DNA of 64,000 bases from an uncultured Planctomycetia bacterium. Lineage in GTDB: Bacteria > Omnitrophota > Gorgyraeia > 2-02-FULL-51-18. This document shows positions 58,938 to 64,000 of this stretch, in pieces. The translations under genes and the position numbers were made by a program. Positions within the stretch are counted from its first letter, which is position 1; each line of letters begins with the position of its first letter. Below the pieces are notes generated by a model. The model was not told where the DNA came from, did not search any database, and was given only the letters and a program-made list of their open reading frames with translations. The DNA lies in assembly GCA_964642015.1 (NCBI GenBank), contig CAZXLF010000001.1:181541-245540 (forward strand), in the 5' to 3' direction.

Positions 58938-59582
58938 ATGAAAAATACCAAAAAGCTGAGAAATCTTTTTCTTTTTTACACCATTACATTTTGCTTTTTA
59001 AGCGCTTTTTATTCCTGCGCTTTGGCCGGCGAGGAAGGGGCAGCTGATCCTACGACGACCGCGACTACCCAGTCCAATAAGAGGGACGAAGTTGCGTATG
59101 TTATAGGTCCTCAGAACATGCTTCAGATCAAGATCTTTGGAGACGCTAGCACGCATCAGCTCTACCGTGTCGATGAGCTAGGCTACATCAATCATGCATT
59201 GGTTGGAAAGATAAAATTGGCGGGCCTGACGATCGCCGAAGCGGAAAAGCTTTTGGAAAGAAGCCTGGATAAAGATTATATCATCAACCCGAAGGTGAAC
59301 ATCTTTGTGCTTCAATACAGCACATTTTCAATTATCGGAGAAGTCAGAAAGCCCGGTAATTATGAAATAACCGGCCGGGTCACTGTGATCGAAGCGATTT
59401 CTATGGCAGGAGGTTTCACAGCGGTCGCGAATCAACGCGGCGTTAAGATTATGCGTAAAACCGAAGGACGCGAGACCACCGTCAATGTGGATACTACGCG
59501 GGTTACGCAACAAGGTGACCGCACAGGTGATGTGGATGTGCAGCAGGACGATGTTATAGTCGTTCCCAAAAGCTTTTTCTAA
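58938..59582 (+). CDS. short Wza/OPX polysaccharide export protein (Poly_export + SLBB)
   Basis: YVIGPQNMLQI, VDELGYI, GLT, IIGEVRKPG, AISMAGGF, DVIVVP. Confidence 0.88.
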   Translation: MKNTKKLRNLFLFYTITFCFLSAFYSCALAGEEGAADPTTTATTQSNKRDEVAYVIGPQNMLQIKIFGDASTHQLYRVDELGYINHALVGKIKLAGLTIAEAEKLLERSLDKDYIINPKVNIFVLQYSTFSIIGEVRKPGNYEITGRVTVIEAISMAGGFTAVANQRGVKIMRKTEGRETTVNVDTTRVTQQGDRTGDVDVQQDDVIVVPKSFF

Positions 59583-59597
59583 TATTCTCACCTACTC

Positions 59598-61313
59598 ATG
59601 GAAGATCAATCAATAAATCAGGAAGTAAATCTTAAAAGTTATTTGCAGGTGCTTTCCCGGCGCCGGTGGGTGATCATTACTTTTTTTGTGATCTGTGTTA
59701 CCACTGTGACGATCGGTACTTTCATGATGACACCTGTTTACCGGGCCGGAACCAAGATCATTATCGAAGGTGAGAATACCAGCATCCGCACGGCCGAGGA
59801 TTCTTCAATGTCGGGCACCGGAATTGAGATATATGAAAATTATCTCGAGACTCAGATGTCTTTGATCAAGTCCGATAGCATTGCCGGTCGGGTCGCTGAT
59901 GAATTCAAGCTCTCTGATACACCTCGCTATAAGAAAAAAGAAGGTCTGGCAAAATTGTTTCAGCATAGTTTTGAGAAGGATCTCAATCTCGAACGTGTCA
60001 AAGGCACGCGCATGGTCATTATCTGGGTGGACAATCCAGAGCCCAAAATGGCTGCCGATCTGGCAAACCGACTAGCGGAGGTCTATACCAAGGATAATAT
60101 GAAGCGCCGCGCGCTTACATTTATCCGGAATCAGCGCATGGCATCTTTGAACGCTGAATTTTTAAGGCTTCAAGAAAAACTCGATAACCTTTCAACGCAG
60201 TTTGGCCCCAAACATCCTGAGATGGTCGTGCTAAGAGAAGAGATAAGGACGATGGCCAAGCGCATCGAAAATGAGCGTTTTGGTTCTGGCAGTCAAGATG
60301 GACTAGGGGATAAAACCGCCGCTCAACCTCAGCAGGTTTTGGAGGAGTCGCTTCTTAAGATTCAGGAGAGCTCAGTTTTTTCAAGTTCCAAAGTCAACAA
60401 TACAGGCATTGTGGACCTAGCTTATCCTCCGACGGAAATATTCAGGCCCAAGATTCCTATCAATATCGCCCTGGGATTTGTAATGGGTCTTGTCGGCGGT
60501 ATCCTTCTGGCGTATTTTGTCGATTATTTGGATGATTCGATCAAAACCGAGGATGATCTTAAAAGATATATCAGCGGCGCGCCTTTCCTGGGTCCTGTGA
60601 TGTCTGAGCGTACCTTGAAGAATGGGTTGAACAAAACATCCGACATTGATCGGCTTGTGGAGATCAGGTCAGAATCTCCGTCGGCGGAGTCTTACCGACT
60701 TATTCGCACACGTATCTTGTGGTCTATTTCGCGGGACCATGTGTTCAAGGATTTTGCGGTCGTGAGCGCCGGCGCTTCCGAGGGTAAATCGACGGTTGCT
60801 TCAAATCTTGCGATATCGCTTTCGCAGATCAATAAAAAAGTACTTCTTGTGGATACGGATCTTCGGCGCGGCCGTTTGTATGACTCATATAATTTGGTCA
60901 AAGATAAAGGTTTGGGCGAATATTTGTCGGGAGATGCTAAATTAGATGACGTGATCCAGAAGACATTGATGCCTAATTTGAGCGCGGTAGTGGCCGGCAG
61001 AAGCGTGATCGATACTTCTCAATTGTTCAGTTCCGATAGAATGAAAGAATTCATTCAGGAAACGCGTAAAAAATTTGACGTGATCGTCTATGACACTCCT
61101 CCTGTGATCGTGATCTCAGACACGTCGATCCTGGTGCCTCAGCTGGGCGGCGTTGTTTTTACGATCCGCAGCGGGGTGACCAACGCCAGGCGCCTCAATA
61201 AGGCTATGAATATCATCAAGGAAACCGGCAACGCTCAAGTGATCGGAGTGATCTTGAACGGTGCAGATCTAGTGGATAAGAAGGTTTATAAAAACTATTA
61301 TCACAAGATTTAA
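59598..61313 (+). CDS. Wzc/GumC-like polysaccharide co-polymerase tyrosine kinase
   Basis: RRRWVII TM, GPKHP, SAESYRLIRT, EGKST, VDTDLR, YDTPP, C-terminal Tyr cluster. Confidence 0.9.
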   Translation: MEDQSINQEVNLKSYLQVLSRRRWVIITFFVICVTTVTIGTFMMTPVYRAGTKIIIEGENTSIRTAEDSSMSGTGIEIYENYLETQMSLIKSDSIAGRVADEFKLSDTPRYKKKEGLAKLFQHSFEKDLNLERVKGTRMVIIWVDNPEPKMAADLANRLAEVYTKDNMKRRALTFIRNQRMASLNAEFLRLQEKLDNLSTQFGPKHPEMVVLREEIRTMAKRIENERFGSGSQDGLGDKTAAQPQQVLEESLLKIQESSVFSSSKVNNTGIVDLAYPPTEIFRPKIPINIALGFVMGLVGGILLAYFVDYLDDSIKTEDDLKRYISGAPFLGPVMSERTLKNGLNKTSDIDRLVEIRSESPSAESYRLIRTRILWSISRDHVFKDFAVVSAGASEGKSTVASNLAISLSQINKKVLLVDTDLRRGRLYDSYNLVKDKGLGEYLSGDAKLDDVIQKTLMPNLSAVVAGRSVIDTSQLFSSDRMKEFIQETRKKFDVIVYDTPPVIVISDTSILVPQLGGVVFTIRSGVTNARRLNKAMNIIKETGNAQVIGVILNGADLVDKKVYKNYYHKI

Positions 61314-61325
61314 GCCGACCGGAGA

Positions 61326-63653
61326 ATGAGCCGAGAATCCGCTTTCGATCTTTTCTTCCTGCTTGCGATTTTATTAGCTCCTCTATATCTTGGGGCGGTC
61401 TATCTCTGGAGTTTTTCCATCTCGATCTTTGTTTTAACAGCCTCGTTCTACCTTTATTGGCTGCGTCTTCAAAGATCTCCCGATCCTGTTGTGATCCAAA
61501 CGCGTTTAGACGGTTTGATCGTACTTTACCTCGCGTTTTTCATCATTTCCGCTACACAGACTCAAAATATTTACAAAACATCCGTTGAAGTGTTTAAAAC
61601 CCTGTCTATGTTCTGTGTTTTCTACGCCACCTTATATTATTGCCGGGAAAGAAGGAATATCCAGTCGCTGGCCAGCGGCATGACTTTTTTAGGCGGAGCG
61701 ATCTCTCTTTTTGGCATATTGCAGCTGCTCGGGGCGCTGCCGCATTACTGGTGGCGCAGGGAACATTTTTTATCATCCGTATATGTGAACCATAATCACT
61801 TTGCGGGGATCCTCGAAATTATTCTGCCTATTTCCGTAGGGCTTGCCCTTATCTTAGATCAGAAATCCAAGAAAATATTATTCGTTTTTTTACTCGGTCT
61901 TATGGGAGTGGCATTCATCCTTTCTTTGTCCCGCGGCGGATTTCTATCAATGGGTCTGGCATTTGGGTTTATGCTTTTACTGCTTGTGATCCGGCGCGCT
62001 GTCGGGAAGGCATTTTTGGTGATAGCGGCTTTGGTGCTTATGATTACTAGCGTGGCACTGCTGTTTGGGCTTGATCCGATTTTGAGCCGGATAGCAACTA
62101 TGAAGAATATCGATTCAACCGATGACGTTTCGATGATCCAGCGTATTTTGATTTGGAAGGGAACAGCCCGCCTTATCTTTGGGCATTTCTGGTTTGGTAC
62201 GGGTCCCGGCACTTTTGAGTCAACGTTTTTTAAATTTCGTCCGAAAGGATTTATCGATAGACCGGGTTTTGCCCACAATGATTATTTACAGCTTTGGGCA
62301 GATTGCGGGGTTTTTGTGTTCTTATCAGCGATGGCGCTTTTTGCGGCGCTGTTTTATAAAGGTCTGAGAATTGTTCAAAAACACCAAAGCATGTTGAGTC
62401 TCGGGATCGCCAGCGGCTGCCTTGCCTCGATCGCCGCTTGGGGCGTGCATAGTCTGGTCGACTTTAATTTTCATATTCCGGCGAATTGGATCTTTTTTAC
62501 AGTTGCCTCGGGAATGCTTCTTTCGGTGGGCCGGCCTAAGGGTTATACCGCGTCTTTTTCTCGAAAGTCCATGCAAGTTCTGATATCGGCTTCTTGTATT
62601 TTGGTTCTTGCGGGTTGTATTTTTTTTGGGATTTCCGATTGGTTCCTATGGAAAGGCATGAAGGAATATAAAGCGGGTCACGCCGATGCCGCGGTTGTTT
62701 CTTTCGGCAAGAGCATTCAGATCAATCCGTTCAATCCCGAACCTTATTTTTTAAAAGCCCTTATCTTGAATTCAAGCGGGATCGACGCCGTCGATCTCGT
62801 TCAAGCCATCCGTATAGATCCTTCGGAGCCCTACTATGATTATGAATTAGGGAAAGCATATTTAAAATCTTCCAGACCGAAAGATATTCTCAACATTCTC
62901 CCGTATTTCACAAAAGCGATAGAGAAGGACCCGACAGATCCGCGGCTGCGTTATCTTTCAGCGAGATATCTTTTATCGGCCAATCGCATCAGGAATAAAA
63001 CAATCGAAAATGAGGCCAAAGAGATGTTGAGAGTTTCCATTCGGCTTAATCCGCCATCAGCGCTTTCTGTCTATGAGGCTTTATGGGAATACGAAAATAA
63101 TATCGAAATGCTCGAAGATTTTCACCGTTCAGTCCCCGAAGGTCTTAAGGGTTTTGTGGAATTTCTTGCGGAAAACGATCTATGGAAATATCATCGAAAA
63201 TATTATCTGGAAAGCCAGGGCATCGACCCCGATAGAAAATATCAGCTTCGCGTCTCAACGCCTTGGAACAGCGAACCAATCGAAAGTTATTCTTTAAATG
63301 AGCTGGATGCGGTTAGCGGCGAAGCATTTTTTCAGGGTAATTTTGTTTATTCGAACGGTCGCTTCGAGAAGAGGATATCCTTTAAAAATTTACCCTATCG
63401 TTTAGAAATCAGGGCCAAAGGCAGTAAAGCCGGTAATTCTTATCCTGTTTTGATCGTTGGACTTGATGGCAAAACAGTCGATTCCATTTATATTGATAGT
63501 CCCGGTTTTGTAAATTTTTTCTCGATCTTGCAAACAAGCGCTGGTGAACATGTCTTGAGTATTGAGTATTCCAATGATTACCAAGGAGGTTCGCCGAAAA
63601 GGGATAGGAATGTTTGGATCGAAACGATCCGCTTGTATGAATCTCTAAGTTAA
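61326..63653 (+). CDS. O-antigen ligase/Wzy_C family protein with TPRs and a C-terminal carbohydrate-binding-like domain
   Basis: YVNHNHFAG, SLSRGG, GTGPGTF, AHNDYLQ, HSLVDFNFHIPAN; TPR helices; SND...DRNVWIE. Confidence 0.85.
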   Translation: MSRESAFDLFFLLAILLAPLYLGAVYLWSFSISIFVLTASFYLYWLRLQRSPDPVVIQTRLDGLIVLYLAFFIISATQTQNIYKTSVEVFKTLSMFCVFYATLYYCRERRNIQSLASGMTFLGGAISLFGILQLLGALPHYWWRREHFLSSVYVNHNHFAGILEIILPISVGLALILDQKSKKILFVFLLGLMGVAFILSLSRGGFLSMGLAFGFMLLLLVIRRAVGKAFLVIAALVLMITSVALLFGLDPILSRIATMKNIDSTDDVSMIQRILIWKGTARLIFGHFWFGTGPGTFESTFFKFRPKGFIDRPGFAHNDYLQLWADCGVFVFLSAMALFAALFYKGLRIVQKHQSMLSLGIASGCLASIAAWGVHSLVDFNFHIPANWIFFTVASGMLLSVGRPKGYTASFSRKSMQVLISASCILVLAGCIFFGISDWFLWKGMKEYKAGHADAAVVSFGKSIQINPFNPEPYFLKALILNSSGIDAVDLVQAIRIDPSEPYYDYELGKAYLKSSRPKDILNILPYFTKAIEKDPTDPRLRYLSARYLLSANRIRNKTIENEAKEMLRVSIRLNPPSALSVYEALWEYENNIEMLEDFHRSVPEGLKGFVEFLAENDLWKYHRKYYLESQGIDPDRKYQLRVSTPWNSEPIESYSLNELDAVSGEAFFQGNFVYSNGRFEKRISFKNLPYRLEIRAKGSKAGNSYPVLIVGLDGKTVDSIYIDSPGFVNFFSILQTSAGEHVLSIEYSNDYQGGSPKRDRNVWIETIRLYESLS

Positions 63654-63692
63654 AAAATAACCCCCTTATCAGAAAATAAAGGGGGTTATTTT
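63654..63692. terminator. bidirectional intrinsic terminator
   Basis: AAAATAACCCCCTT...AAGGGGGTTATTTT between convergent genes. Confidence 0.85.
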
Positions 63693-63711
63693 AAAGCTAT
63701 TTACTTATTGA

Positions 63712-64000
63712 TTATCGGATGTCATCAACCGATGATGGTTTTGGTGACGGCGAGGCAAAATCATCGGGATTTTCGGGCGTGCCGTTATTTTGTGTATTGG
63801 TCTGAGCCGGTTCTCCGGTCGCGATCTCAAGATTCACATCTTTGGATTCACCCGGGTTAAGTTTATAATTCACTCCTAAGATGGAGAATTCCACCGGACC
63901 GTTTGACGCGGGATCGTTTTGAATGCCGATAGCCCCCTTATCACGATCATAATCCACATGAATTTTCTTTCCATCGGTTAGATTGAGATCCATTTGCGCC
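63712..64000 (-). CDS. 3' end of a hypothetical protein (probably partial)
   Basis: ORF lies at the window edge and converges on the terminator. Confidence 0.55.
   Translation of the reverse strand, partial: AQMDLNLTDGKKIHVDYDRDKGAIGIQNDPASNGPVEFSILGVNYKLNPGESKDVNLEIATGEPAQTNTQNNGTPENPDDFASPSPKPSSVDDIR

Noticed and set aside
1-64000. Apparent abundance of GATC/CGATCG (HIP1-like)
   Set aside because: An impression only; it may follow from Ile ATC and Asp GAT codon usage and needs an observed/expected count I cannot run

Overview
A 64-kb bacterial chromosome segment, mostly housekeeping genes, almost all on the + strand. Gene style suggests a PVC-group/Omnitrophota-like organism (inference only). 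It includes gpmA, pabB/pabC-like, purH, folC, mnmE, accA, a partner-switch/Mla/c-di-GMP cluster, addBA, tRNA-Ala(GGC), tRNA-Leu(CAA), leuS, comEC, a pepM-fusion plus phosphonopyruvate decarboxylase pair, spoVG, yraN and the start of a Wza/Wzc polysaccharide locus. Two regions stand out. (1) An ~11.7-kb element with all genes on the - strand (42368-54108) splits comM at the LKKEG codons (shared core AAGGA). It encodes a large serine integrase, a phage-type initiator plus DnaC-like loader with internal 12-bp-period repeats, a small resolvase, an ATPase-less MgsA-like protein, and one tight operon of type III R-M (mod, res), a ThsB-like TIR protein and a small membrane protein. (2) Each tRNA gene is followed by a related structured 105-135 bp element closed by an exact duplication of that tRNA's own 3' end. 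All calls are from motif reading by eye; no database search was run.
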